A stretch of 28,550 nucleotides of DNA from a virus (Duplodnaviria > Caudoviricetes). The stretch lies in IMG/VR virus record IMGVR_UViG_3300038393_001497, positions 1 through 28,550 of that record; one strand, written 5' to 3'. Shown one piece after another: positions 15,191 to 23,095 of this stretch. The translations under genes and the position numbers were made by a program. How positions within the stretch are numbered: position 1 is the first letter of the stretch; every line of letters begins with the position of its first letter. The notes beneath the pieces are model-generated. The model was not told the DNA's origin. It saw only the letters and a list, made by a program, of their open reading frames with translations, and made no database searches.

Positions 15191-15465
15191 GCCGCCCTCC
15201 GTTTCGGTTCGAGATGTGGAAGCGGATCGGATGCGACCTCGGTAAGCTGTCCGCCCTCGGCTATTCTCCGCTTCGCCTCGATCACTTGTGGGTTTCCGTA
15301 GGAGGAGCATTCACAGCCGCTCAGGATCAGCTCGACATAGCGCTCGACGCCCGCGTTCCATTCCGCCAGCTTTTGCTCGGGAGTGCGAATGTTGAGCCCA
15401 AGCGACCGTGCGAAGTCCTGCGGTGAGACCTGCGATGCGTCGGCGGTGATGACACGGCGGGTCAT
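15187..15465 (-). CDS. Hypothetical protein
   Basis: ATGA-coupled ORF in the leftward early operon. Confidence 0.55.
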   Translation of the reverse strand: MTRRVITADASQVSPQDFARSLGLNIRTPEQKLAEWNAGVERYVELILSGCECSSYGNPQVIEAKRRIAEGGQLTEVASDPLPHLEPKRRAA

Positions 15466-15731
15466 TGGCGCGCTCTTTCGAGGACGGCGGCAGCCTTCCG
15501 GATCGTGTCGAGTGAGACGCGGATCGTGAGGCTGTCAGCGGTGCCGGAAACAATGTCGCGTTCTTTGAGGTTGAATCCCTCCAGCGCCTCATAAAGTTCG
15601 ACGAGCACGGCTGCGGCCTCGGCAATGTCGCGTTCACCAATGCGATCACCTGCCTTCCCGACAATCTTTGCCGCGTTCCTCGTGCGATTCACAATCGGCA
15701 GTTCCGCGCCTGAGGCAGAGGGGCGAGTCAT
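15462..15731 (-). CDS. Hypothetical protein
   Basis: MTRPSASGAELP..ELYEALE; coupled. Confidence 0.55.
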   Translation of the reverse strand: MTRPSASGAELPIVNRTRNAAKIVGKAGDRIGERDIAEAAAVLVELYEALEGFNLKERDIVSGTADSLTIRVSLDTIRKAAAVLERARQ

Positions 15732-15958
15732 TGCTGGCCTCGCAGTGCAGCAACCTTGTCGCGCGCTAGGGCCGAGACAGAGCGACGGTGCTGCGCCTCT
15801 TTGACGCAAGTTTCACAGTCGCTGGCACTGTAGTCCCCATTGCCCTCGAAGCAGACCCAATTGGTGTCGGCCAACCACTCGCCGCACAGCGTCAGGTGCG
15901 AATTGAGCGTCGTCACCGGACTGGCGATGTGAACCGTACCTGGTATTGATCTACTCAT
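15728..15958 (-). CDS. Small Cys/His protein (possible Zn-binding)
   Basis: VH..TLCG..DCETC. Confidence 0.55.
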   Translation of the reverse strand: MSRSIPGTVHIASPVTTLNSHLTLCGEWLADTNWVCFEGNGDYSASDCETCVKEAQHRRSVSALARDKVAALRGQQ

Positions 15959-16253
15959 CTGATGGACCCCGGTGAGGGTTGGAGTTCACGAGCAGATACG
16001 GATCGCGCTTGAAGTAGGCCCATTCCGCAGCGGCCTCCGCGACCTTGAGCAAGTCTGCGGCGCTTGCCGAAAACGGTTCCGGCATGGTGATCCAGCTGTC
16101 GACTGCGGCGATCAACTTCGCCTCGGCTTTCTCCGGCGAGCCAATCAGCGGATTGGGCCACGGAAGCCGCTCAAGCGTGTCGAACAGCCGATGCAGCGCT
16201 GCGTCGCCCGCGTTCACGGCGCGATCCACAGTGCAATGGCATATCCAGCGCAC
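15951..16253 (-). CDS. Hypothetical protein (start uncertain)
   Basis: Open frame in operon. Confidence 0.45.
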   Translation of the reverse strand: MRWICHCTVDRAVNAGDAALHRLFDTLERLPWPNPLIGSPEKAEAKLIAAVDSWITMPEPFSASAADLLKVAEAAAEWAYFKRDPYLLVNSNPHRGPSDE

Positions 16254-16423
16254 ACGGACATGATGAGGATACGGGCGAGACTAGCAGCGATATGCGATGG
16301 TCGCCGAATGGCCGAGACAAACGCAGATTTGGCTCGGTGCGAAGCACGACCAGCGCGGTGACGCGCAGCGGCAATCGCCCAAAACCCATCGGGATAAATC
16401 ACCACATGGCGGGGACGAGTCAT
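16214..16423 (-). CDS. Small hypothetical ORF containing repeat copy C, C-terminal TM
   Basis: ATGA coupled; ends ILIMSVCAGYAIALWIAP. Confidence 0.45.
   Translation of the reverse strand: MTRPRHVVIYPDGFWAIAAARHRAGRASHRAKSAFVSAIRRPSHIAASLARILIMSVCAGYAIALWIAP
16287..16380 (+). repeat. Structured repeat copy C
   Basis: GCGAT AT GCG AT GGTCG [CCgaatGG][CCGAG ac aaacgcagattt gg CTCGG][TGCgaaGCA] CGACC AG CGC GGT GA [CGCgcaGCG] GCA ATCGC CC. Confidence 0.8.
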
Positions 16424-16662
16424 CGCACCGCCTCCAGCACGCCGAGCTCAACGAGACGGTCGCGCCACTTCTGGATGAGGCGGCATCTTTGCTTTTCCTC
16501 GTCGTCGCCCATGAAGCTGTCGCAGCGGATTTCAGCTATCTTTTCGCCGAAGGGATGGTCCGCTCTTGATCCCCATTCGGTGACAACGGCCTTGTCCACG
16601 GCGCGAGCGAAACCGATGAGCGCTTTCAGCTTGTCGGCTTCAGCAGGGGAACGCCCACTCAT
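16420..16662 (-). CDS. Hypothetical protein
   Basis: GGAGG RBS, MSGRSPAEADKLKALIGF. Confidence 0.55.
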   Translation of the reverse strand: MSGRSPAEADKLKALIGFARAVDKAVVTEWGSRADHPFGEKIAEIRCDSFMGDDEEKQRCRLIQKWRDRLVELGVLEAVR

Positions 16663-16763
16663 GCGAGCCTCCACACAATATAAGCAAGAGAGATGACAGC
16701 CACGACAGCCGAGACGATCATGACAATGGCGACAGTGCGCGCATCGGTGGTGTTGAAGGTCAT
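16659..16763 (-). CDS. Small single-TM protein, 34 aa (not in ORF track)
   Basis: MTFNTTDARTVAIVMIVSAVVAVISLAYIVWRLA; ATGA overlaps on both ends. Confidence 0.5.
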   Translation of the reverse strand: MTFNTTDARTVAIVMIVSAVVAVISLAYIVWRLA

Positions 16764-16987
16764 GCGGACACCGGGCGGGCGTTCGGTGCCCAAGAGGCGA
16801 GATCGCGGGAGGGGCTGTTGATCCAGCCTTCGATGCGCGGCGGGTTATGCTCGCCAAGCTGGTCGCGGTGCCAAATATGGCGCTGCATGACGATCCCGTC
16901 ACCAGCGATGCAGAACTGGATGTTGTATGAGAGATCGCCGTTGCCGGTGATGCCCGTTTCGTGGGTTGGCTGAAGTTCGGTAGCCAT
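16760..16987 (-). CDS. First gene of the leftward (PL-like) operon, hypothetical
   Basis: GGAGAAGGA RBS, MATELQPTHE. Confidence 0.6.
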   Translation of the reverse strand: MATELQPTHETGITGNGDLSYNIQFCIAGDGIVMQRHIWHRDQLGEHNPPRIEGWINSPSRDLASWAPNARPVSA

Positions 16988-17018
16988 GTGTCCTTCTCCC
17001 AATCGAATGAGAGACGGT

Positions 17019-17066
17019 TTAGCACGACTGCTAACGATTGCAACCCCTAATTTGCAGGGATGCTAA
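17019..17066 (-). promoter_or_regulatory. OL-like operators and PL-like promoter
   Basis: TTAGCA-CGAC-TGCTAA (17019-17034) and TTTGCA-GGGA-TGCTAA (17051-17066). Minus-strand TTGCAA-N16-TAAACC overlaps the first. Confidence 0.75.
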
Positions 17067-17428
17067 CTATTTTTGCAGAATAATTTCACGATCCACTCGC
17101 CCACTGTGTCGGGCGCTGGAGACTGATATGCCGAGCCGAGCTCGTCGTCGGTAGTGCGGCCATCCTTATAGTGAGTGACCGTCGCCAAGAGCGCATATTG
17201 CCTGCTCGAGCAGACGATGGAGACATGAATCATAGTGTTCAGAAGGTTGGAATGCTTGGCGGTCGCGGGCACGACCTTGAACCATGCCTCGCCAGTGCCA
17301 GGGTGGAGCGGCGACGTTTCGGCGTCGAGCCACCAGGTCGCGCCGTTTCCATCTTCCCCGACGCTTACCCATCGGCCGTCAACCGTTCCTGCTGGCGCCA
17401 ATGCGAGCAAGATCGGAAGCAGGATCAA
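17063..17428 (-). CDS. Secreted/periplasmic protein co-transcribed with the repressor
   Basis: Signal peptide MILLPILLALAPA; W..V..WWLD..VCS..C pattern resembling surface-adhesin-E-like folds. Confidence 0.65.
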   Translation of the reverse strand: MILLPILLALAPAGTVDGRWVSVGEDGNGATWWLDAETSPLHPGTGEAWFKVVPATAKHSNLLNTMIHVSIVCSSRQYALLATVTHYKDGRTTDDELGSAYQSPAPDTVGEWIVKLFCKNS

Positions 17429-18135
17429 AACACTTCCCCGACAACCTTGTGGATCTTCGCCACGCGCTCGACTTCGACCCGGAACGTCACGTCAGGGTTG
17501 AATTGACGAAGCTCAATATAGGAGGCGGTGCGCCGGACGAGCTCCTTGATAAGCACCAGCGCGACCCGATCGGCCTCCTGGTCTTCCCCATTGCCGCGGA
17601 GTTGGACGATAACATCGTCGCCTATGGAAACGGTGGCTCGGGGGCTGACGATCACCCTCCGCCCCGGCCTAAAGCGAGGCCACATCGAATCGCCGACTAT
17701 CGTCACCGCATATGCCTGAGTGTCGTGTTCGAGACTGGCTGGGCGGCGGACATGATCGAGCACGTCCGCCATGTCGACTTCGGTAAGCTCTATATCCCGC
17801 TCGGGATCAAACGCTGTCATCGCCATTGCCGACCCCATCACAGGGATGGCCGGCAGCTCGCCCGAGCCGTATTTTTCTTCGAACGGCCGATCTCCGCGAG
17901 AGGAAACCTCCGAACGAATATTGTTGTTCCGCGTTAGAAACGGAGGGTAATCGGGAAAGCGCTCGCGCAGCTTGGCGACGGTCTGGCGGCTCAGTCGCGT
18001 CGTTGCCTTGCCGTTGTAGTGACGAGTGATTGTCGTCGCCGCGGCGCCAATCTCCGCCGCCACGCGGCTCGGCGCGAGACCGGCCCAATCGACAAGCTCT
18101 TTGATGAGGCGATGATCTTCAGCGAGCCCTTCCAT
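17425..18135 (-). CDS. cI: CI-like repressor, HTH plus S24 autopeptidase
   Basis: HTH APSRVAAEIGAAATTITR; VGDSMWPRF (Ser) and LIKEL (Lys). Start at 18135 chosen because 18146-18220 holds operators. Confidence 0.9.
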   Translation of the reverse strand: MEGLAEDHRLIKELVDWAGLAPSRVAAEIGAAATTITRHYNGKATTRLSRQTVAKLRERFPDYPPFLTRNNNIRSEVSSRGDRPFEEKYGSGELPAIPVMGSAMAMTAFDPERDIELTEVDMADVLDHVRRPASLEHDTQAYAVTIVGDSMWPRFRPGRRVIVSPRATVSIGDDVIVQLRGNGEDQEADRVALVLIKELVRRTASYIELRQFNPDVTFRVEVERVAKIHKVVGEVF

Positions 18136-18145
18136 CGCCAAGATA

Positions 18146-18223
18146 TTAGCAGCGATGCTAACGGCACGCTCTGTGCAAGGTTGCAAATTTATTGTTTGCA
18201 TAGCGTAGCAATCCTGCTAAAGA
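18146..18223. promoter_or_regulatory. OR-like operators with divergent PRM/PR
   Basis: TTAGCA-GCGA-TGCTAA (18146-18161), TGTGCA-AGGT-TGCAAA (18172-18187), GTAGCA-ATCC-TGCTAA (18205-18220). PR TTGCAT-N16-TAAAGA. Confidence 0.75.
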
Positions 18224-18230
18224 GGCCTTC

Positions 18231-18452
18231 ATGGACCAGCAGGACATTATCGCGACGATCGAAGAGCGCGCCGCCAAGCTACAGCTCTCGATCAGTGAGG
18301 TTTGTCAGGAAGCAGGGGTCCACCCCACAACGTTCTCGCGCTGGAAAAAGAGCGACAAGAACCCTCAGCCGATAGGCGCTACCTTAAAGAGCCTGTCCGC
18401 GATCACAGCAGTTCTTGATCGCCGTGAAGGCGAACAACTCCGCGCGGCGTAG
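18231..18452 (+). CDS. cro: Cro-like HTH regulator
   Basis: ISEVCQEAGVHPTTFSRWK; divergent from cI. Confidence 0.85.
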   Translation: MDQQDIIATIEERAAKLQLSISEVCQEAGVHPTTFSRWKKSDKNPQPIGATLKSLSAITAVLDRREGEQLRAA

Positions 18453-18528
18453 AGCCATGCAGGCGGGGAAACACATCACATCGCGCACCATCGCCGAGTC
18501 CCCACCCGGCAGCTCCCTGGCGCGCGTT

Positions 18529-18560
18529 CGGGCGACGAGCAGCGTATCGTTCGTCGCCCG
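18529..18560 (+). terminator. Hairpin after cro (tR1-like candidate)
   Basis: 10-bp stem CGGGCGACGA/TCGTCGCCCG; weak U-tract. Confidence 0.35.
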
Positions 18561-18585
18561 TCATATTCTGGCGGATTGCTGAGCG

Positions 18586-19017
18586 ATGGGCGGGGCTTGG
18601 CAGCCAATGACCTCCGCGCCGCGTGACGGGACGCGCATCATCGGTTGGTTTGAAGATCGGTGCATCGCAGTTTTTTGGCGGTGCGGGGTGGCTTACGTTC
18701 CCAATCGATACGGCAAGCGTCGGACGAATGAGACGGCGTGGTATTGGTCGGATGGCTATTCGCGGTATCGCGAGCCGGACTTTTGGCAACCCGAACCGGA
18801 GCCGCCGGCCGGTTTCTCTCGCGCTCCATTGTGGGAGCCGAAAGACAAGCGCGTTCTCGAAGAAAAACCGCCGTGCACCTTGGAAGAGCGACTGGAGGGC
18901 GCGAGGTCGACCGCTATTCAGCGGACATGGTGTCCCCAATGCGAACGCAAAGTTACCGCGGTTGAGGCCGAGGCGTGCTCGTCTCGCTTCTGCAAAGCCA
19001 AAGCGGAGGCCGCCTAG
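18586..19017 (+). CDS. DUF551-like phage protein with C-terminal Cys cluster
   Basis: WQPMTSAPRDGTRI..W..PDFWQPEPEPP; CPQC..CSSRFC. Confidence 0.65.
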   Translation: MGGAWQPMTSAPRDGTRIIGWFEDRCIAVFWRCGVAYVPNRYGKRRTNETAWYWSDGYSRYREPDFWQPEPEPPAGFSRAPLWEPKDKRVLEEKPPCTLEERLEGARSTAIQRTWCPQCERKVTAVEAEACSSRFCKAKAEAA

Positions 19018-19248
19018 ATGCGCCGCCCCACCATCCTCATCGCCTCTGCCTCCATTGGAGGTCTTGCTTATGCCGCATTCGCTTTTGCGCGTGCGGGGAA
19101 GGCGATTGATGAGGCGTGGGCCTTCGGTGATTTGCCGATGCTGCCCAGGGAATTGGCCTGCACCCCCGCACGGGCGGGGAGGGCACGCGGCGGGCGCAGG
19201 CCAAGAGGTTTCGCACGTCACATCGCACATGACGGGAGCAGTAAGTAA
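19018..19248 (+). CDS. Hypothetical protein with N-terminal TM
   Basis: Abuts neighbours on both sides. Confidence 0.45.
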   Translation: MRRPTILIASASIGGLAYAAFAFARAGKAIDEAWAFGDLPMLPRELACTPARAGRARGGRRPRGFARHIAHDGSSK

Positions 19249-19571
19249 TGGCGACCGCTCCAGATGTCGTCCGCAAATCTGCGGATTTCGACCGCTTCGA
19301 TGTGCTGAGCCGCATGGGCCGCGCCCTTAGCCGCGTGAAGTCGGATCGGCGGCTGACCCTTCAGGACATGGAGGATTTGCTCGGCAAGAGCGATGACCAG
19401 ATCAGCCGTTACATTGCTGGCGACGACATGCCTGCATCCGTTTGGATGAAGGCGCTGCACATCTTTCCGGAACTTGCGGACAGGTTCGAGGAAACGACCG
19501 CTGAGCGGGCGATGCAGAGCCGCCAAGTTCCGCTCGATCTAGATCCACCTCGACAGACGAGGGTTGCATGA
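19248..19571 (+). CDS. HTH regulator (CII-position)
   Basis: LTLQDMEDLLGKSDDQISRYIAG. Confidence 0.65.
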   Translation: MATAPDVVRKSADFDRFDVLSRMGRALSRVKSDRRLTLQDMEDLLGKSDDQISRYIAGDDMPASVWMKALHIFPELADRFEETTAERAMQSRQVPLDLDPPRQTRVA

Positions 19572-19708
19572 TCTGGCCCTTCCACAAGAAGAGCCCCGCC
19601 CGCGAGCTCGCCCTAATCGGCGTGGAAAAACGCCGCCGCTCAATCCGAGAGACAGCGCGGCTGATCCGTGAGGAGCTGAAACTACCGCCTGATCCGAGGC
19701 TTGCCTAA
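19568..19708 (+). CDS. Small hypothetical protein (not in ORF track)
   Basis: MIWPFHKKSPARELALIGVEKRRRSIRETARLIREELKLPPDPRLA; ATGA/TAATG coupling. Confidence 0.5.
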   Translation: MIWPFHKKSPARELALIGVEKRRRSIRETARLIREELKLPPDPRLA

Positions 19709-20571
19709 TGGCCCCGCTCGCGATCGATCTTTGCTGCGGCTTGGGAGGCTGGACGGAGGGCCTACTTTCCGAAGGCTGGCAGGTCCGCGGCTACGACATC
19801 GAAGCGCACGAATACGGCGAGGAGCGCTATCCTGCCGAACTTGTCCTCCGAAACGTGCTCGAGATGCACGGCTCCGAGATTGCCGACGCCGACTTGATCG
19901 TCGCCTCGCCGCCATGCACCGAATACTCCTACATGGCGATGCCGTGGAAGCGCGCGAAGCAGATTGCTCGGGCGCTCCGTGGCGAGGACGAGTTCCCCGA
20001 GCCCTATCGCGGCTCGCGCACTGTAGCACAACTCAACGCGATCTTCGACGCCTGCTTTCGGCTGCAACGCGAGGCGAGCGAGGCCGCTGGTCGCTACATT
20101 CCGATGGTCGTGGAGAATGTCCGCGGTGCCGAGCCGTGGGTGGGTCGCTCTGGCTGGAATTATGGATCGTTCTACTTGTGGGGCGATTTGCCCGCGCTTA
20201 TGCCGCCCGCCACCAACGCGGTGAAAGTGCCGAGCTTCCGCTTCGATGGGTCGGGCCGCTCATTTCAAAGCGAAAGTGTCCGGCGCACGGACGTAGGCAA
20301 AGGTGCTCGGTTCACGATCCGCGATTGCGGCATCGAAGGACGCAAGCGCCCCGGCATCAGCTTCGCCCAAGAGGGCTTCAACTGTACGCTTGCCCGTGAG
20401 CTAGCACCGACGCTCAAGCGCGGTGCCGTTAAGCTGTCGGACGAAGATCGCCGCCAACACCTTAGCTCGGCTCGCAAAGCCGCTTCCGCCAAGATCGCGA
20501 AAATCCCCTTCGCGCTCAGCTCGCACATCGCCCGTGTCTATAAGCCTTCCTTGGCAGCGGAGGCAGCATGA
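19708..20571 (+). CDS. Orphan C5-cytosine DNA methyltransferase
   Basis: Motif I DLCCGLGG, motif IV ASPPC, motif VI VENV, C-terminal AKIP. Confidence 0.8.
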   Translation: MAPLAIDLCCGLGGWTEGLLSEGWQVRGYDIEAHEYGEERYPAELVLRNVLEMHGSEIADADLIVASPPCTEYSYMAMPWKRAKQIARALRGEDEFPEPYRGSRTVAQLNAIFDACFRLQREASEAAGRYIPMVVENVRGAEPWVGRSGWNYGSFYLWGDLPALMPPATNAVKVPSFRFDGSGRSFQSESVRRTDVGKGARFTIRDCGIEGRKRPGISFAQEGFNCTLARELAPTLKRGAVKLSDEDRRQHLSSARKAASAKIAKIPFALSSHIARVYKPSLAAEAA

Positions 20572-20948
20572 CCATCCGCTCAGCCACTCCATCCGAAGCG
20601 CGGCCAAGCGCGATGATCGAGCTGCCGTTTCCGCCGGCAAGCCTGAGCGGCCACCATAATGAGCATTGGCGCAAGCTACAGCCGGTCAAGAAGCGCCACC
20701 GAGAATGGGCTCGGCTCGCCACCCAGGCCGCCAAGCCCGTTGTTCCAGAAACGGGCGACATTCGCGTGGTGGTGACGTTCTATCCGCCTGATCGTCGCGG
20801 CGATCGAACGAACTACCCAAACCGCTGCAAGCCGTATTTCGATGGGATCGCCGACGCGCTGCAGGTCAATGATCGCCGCTTCCTGCCGAGCTATCATTTC
20901 GCCGAGCCCTGCAAGCCGGGAAAGATCGTCGTCGAGGTGCGGGCATGA
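20568..20948 (+). CDS. RusA-like Holliday junction resolvase
   Basis: IELPFPP..TFYPPDRRGDRTN..KPYFDGIADALQVNDRRF (start may be 20613). Confidence 0.75.
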   Translation: MTIRSATPSEARPSAMIELPFPPASLSGHHNEHWRKLQPVKKRHREWARLATQAAKPVVPETGDIRVVVTFYPPDRRGDRTNYPNRCKPYFDGIADALQVNDRRFLPSYHFAEPCKPGKIVVEVRA

Positions 20949-21505
20949 CCGGCGCCGAACTCGCAGCCGATCTCGACGCGCTGCTCGCCTCCAATCCGCG
21001 CCTTTCAAAACCCCGCATTGGCGTTCTTCTTCACTCGCACCGTGCCGGTGTCGAACGCATCCGCGCGGCGAAGTTCCTCCACGCAAAGACGATTGCCAAG
21101 GCACGCGCGATCATCGCGAACCCGCCGCCCGAAGCGTACAAGGGCTATCGCGGCCCGCGGCGGGCTTGCTCGTCGGAAGCCAATGAGCGCCGCAAGGCGA
21201 GCATCCGCCGGTCTGTTTCGCGCAAGGCCCGAGCTCTGATCGCGGGTGACGAAAGCATTCTCACCACCGGGGGAAGGGTCAACCAGACGATCGCCACGGC
21301 AATGGTCGCGATCCGGGCCACGATGGAAGCCGAGCGCAGGGCAACAGATCCAATCGAACAGGCGCTTCTGAAGATCAGGCGCTCCAGGCGCATTATCTAC
21401 CGGGCAAGCGTCCACGGTGGCCCTCCTGACCGCTTCTATGTGAGCGGCAAGGGCAAAGAGACGATCGGGATTCCCGAGCTGCTGAAAATGGCGGAGGCGG
21501 CATGA
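20945..21505 (+). CDS. Hypothetical basic protein
   Basis: ATGA-coupled 186-aa ORF. Confidence 0.6.
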   Translation: MTGAELAADLDALLASNPRLSKPRIGVLLHSHRAGVERIRAAKFLHAKTIAKARAIIANPPPEAYKGYRGPRRACSSEANERRKASIRRSVSRKARALIAGDESILTTGGRVNQTIATAMVAIRATMEAERRATDPIEQALLKIRRSRRIIYRASVHGGPPDRFYVSGKGKETIGIPELLKMAEAA

Positions 21506-21807
21506 CGCTTCCACTGACCGAGAAGCAGGAGCTGGTGTGGCGCTACATCAAGTCGTGCGAGCGCTCTCCCTCTTACGAAGAGATGGCGCGCGCCTTGGGG
21601 TTCGCGAATAAGAGCCAACTCAACCGGCTAGTCGTGACGCTCAGGGAAAAGGGCTTCGTCACTTACGTCCCGAACCGCGCCCGGTCCATTGTCGCGCTCG
21701 ATCCTAGCCCGGTTGCATCGGCTATCCCAACCGCCGCGCTCATCAGCGAATTGGAGCGCCGCGGCTTAAGTGTCGTGATGCTTCCCCTGCATGGACGCAT
21801 ATCGTGA
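21502..21807 (+). CDS. LexA-N-like winged-HTH protein (no peptidase domain)
   Basis: LTEKQELVWRYI..SPSYEEMARALG..L.EKGFV..PNRARSI. Confidence 0.75.
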   Translation: MTLPLTEKQELVWRYIKSCERSPSYEEMARALGFANKSQLNRLVVTLREKGFVTYVPNRARSIVALDPSPVASAIPTAALISELERRGLSVVMLPLHGRIS

Positions 21808-22331
21808 GCCGCTCGCTATCCAAGCGCATCCGATTTGAGGTGTTCAAGCGCGACGAGTTTGCGTGCCAGTACTGTGGGGCAACGCCGCCGACCGCTGTTC
21901 TTGAGGTCGATCACATTGAACCCGTTGTCGAGGGCGGGTGTGACGACATGGATAATCTCATCACCGCTTGTTTTGCGTGCAACCGCGGGAAGGCGGGCGT
22001 GCCGTTGAGCGTCGTTCCGCAGTCCCTTGCGGACAAAGCTGCGGAGGTCGCTGAGCGCGAGGCTCAGCTTGCCGGGTACCAAGAGATTCTCCGCGCGCGC
22101 CGTGAGCGCCTCGAGGACGACGTGTGGGAAGTCTTTCGCCATTGGCGGGAGCAGGAAAGTACGACGCATGAACGGTTTAATAGCGTCAAGCGGTTCGTGG
22201 ACATGCTCGGCCTCTGTGAGGTGCTGGACAGTCTCGACACAACGCTAGCGGCCAACATTCGGAGCGAGAGGCGCGAGTTCCTCTACTTCTGCAAGGTCTG
22301 CTGGAACAAGATCAAAGGACGCGAACAATGA
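21804..22331 (+). CDS. HNH endonuclease
   Basis: RFEVFKRDEFACQYCG..LEVDHIEP..GG.DDMDNLITACFACNRGK. Confidence 0.9.
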   Translation: MSRSLSKRIRFEVFKRDEFACQYCGATPPTAVLEVDHIEPVVEGGCDDMDNLITACFACNRGKAGVPLSVVPQSLADKAAEVAEREAQLAGYQEILRARRERLEDDVWEVFRHWREQESTTHERFNSVKRFVDMLGLCEVLDSLDTTLAANIRSERREFLYFCKVCWNKIKGREQ

Positions 22332-23095
22332 GCCGTATTCGGTCGGTACACCCAGGACTGTGGACCGATGAGGCGTTCGTTTCCCTGACTCCGATGGCGC
22401 GCCTGTTGCTCATGGGGATATGGAACGAGTGTGACGACATGGGCAGCTTCGCGTGGTCGCCGCTAACACTAAAGATGCGTATCCTCCCAGCGGACAATGC
22501 CGACGCTTCCGAGTTGCTGGCCGAAATGGTCAATGCCGGCATCATCATGGACTATGAGGTAGCGGGAAAGCGTTACGGCGCTGTCCGCAACTTTTGTCAG
22601 TTTCAACGCCCGAAAAAGCCGAACTCAACATGTCCTCAGACCGATGAAGTTCGGGACTGGGTGAACACTGAGGCCCGTTCAACACGCGACGGTTCGGCAG
22701 AGGTTCCGAACGAGTTACCCACCAATGGGAAAATCCATCGCCAGATGGAGGATGGAGGAGGGAATGGTAAGATAGAAATTGCATCCTCTGCCGAGGATGT
22801 ATCGGCTGAGCCGACGCCCAAGCCGCTAACCAAACAAGAGGTTTTGGAAGCTTGGCAAGAGCGGATGGTCCCTCTTGGCTTCCCTCGGATAGCCAAGATG
22901 ACGGGGCAGCGGGAGCGGATGCTGAACGCTCGGCTGAAGGACAGCACCCTGGACGAGTGGCTGGCCGCCTTTGCCGCGATGGAGCGCAGCGCCTTCCTGA
23001 AGGGCGAGAACGATCGAGGCTGGCGAGCCGACTTCGATTTCCTGCTGCAGCCCAAGTCATTCACGAAATTGCTGGAGGGTGCGTATGACCACTAA
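22328..23095 (+). CDS. Phage replication initiator (O-like)
   Basis: MSRIRSVHPGLWTDE..ARLLLMGIWNECDDMG; C-terminal GENDRGWRADFDFLL..KLLEGAY. Confidence 0.8.
   Translation: MSRIRSVHPGLWTDEAFVSLTPMARLLLMGIWNECDDMGSFAWSPLTLKMRILPADNADASELLAEMVNAGIIMDYEVAGKRYGAVRNFCQFQRPKKPNSTCPQTDEVRDWVNTEARSTRDGSAEVPNELPTNGKIHRQMEDGGGNGKIEIASSAEDVSAEPTPKPLTKQEVLEAWQERMVPLGFPRIAKMTGQRERMLNARLKDSTLDEWLAAFAAMERSAFLKGENDRGWRADFDFLLQPKSFTKLLEGAYDH

Noticed and set aside
15770-15790. GGCCGAGAC as a seventh repeat copy (also GCCGAGAC near 16700 and CAATCGCCC near 8170)
   Set aside because: No complementary CTCGG arm or flanking stems; chance short matches.
8193-16380. Repeats as CRISPR array, classical attC sites or hammerhead ribozymes
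   Set aside because: Not tandem with regular spacers, no RYYYAAC/GTTRRRY boxes, no CUGANGA/GAAA core, and no cas gene or integron-type integrase evident.
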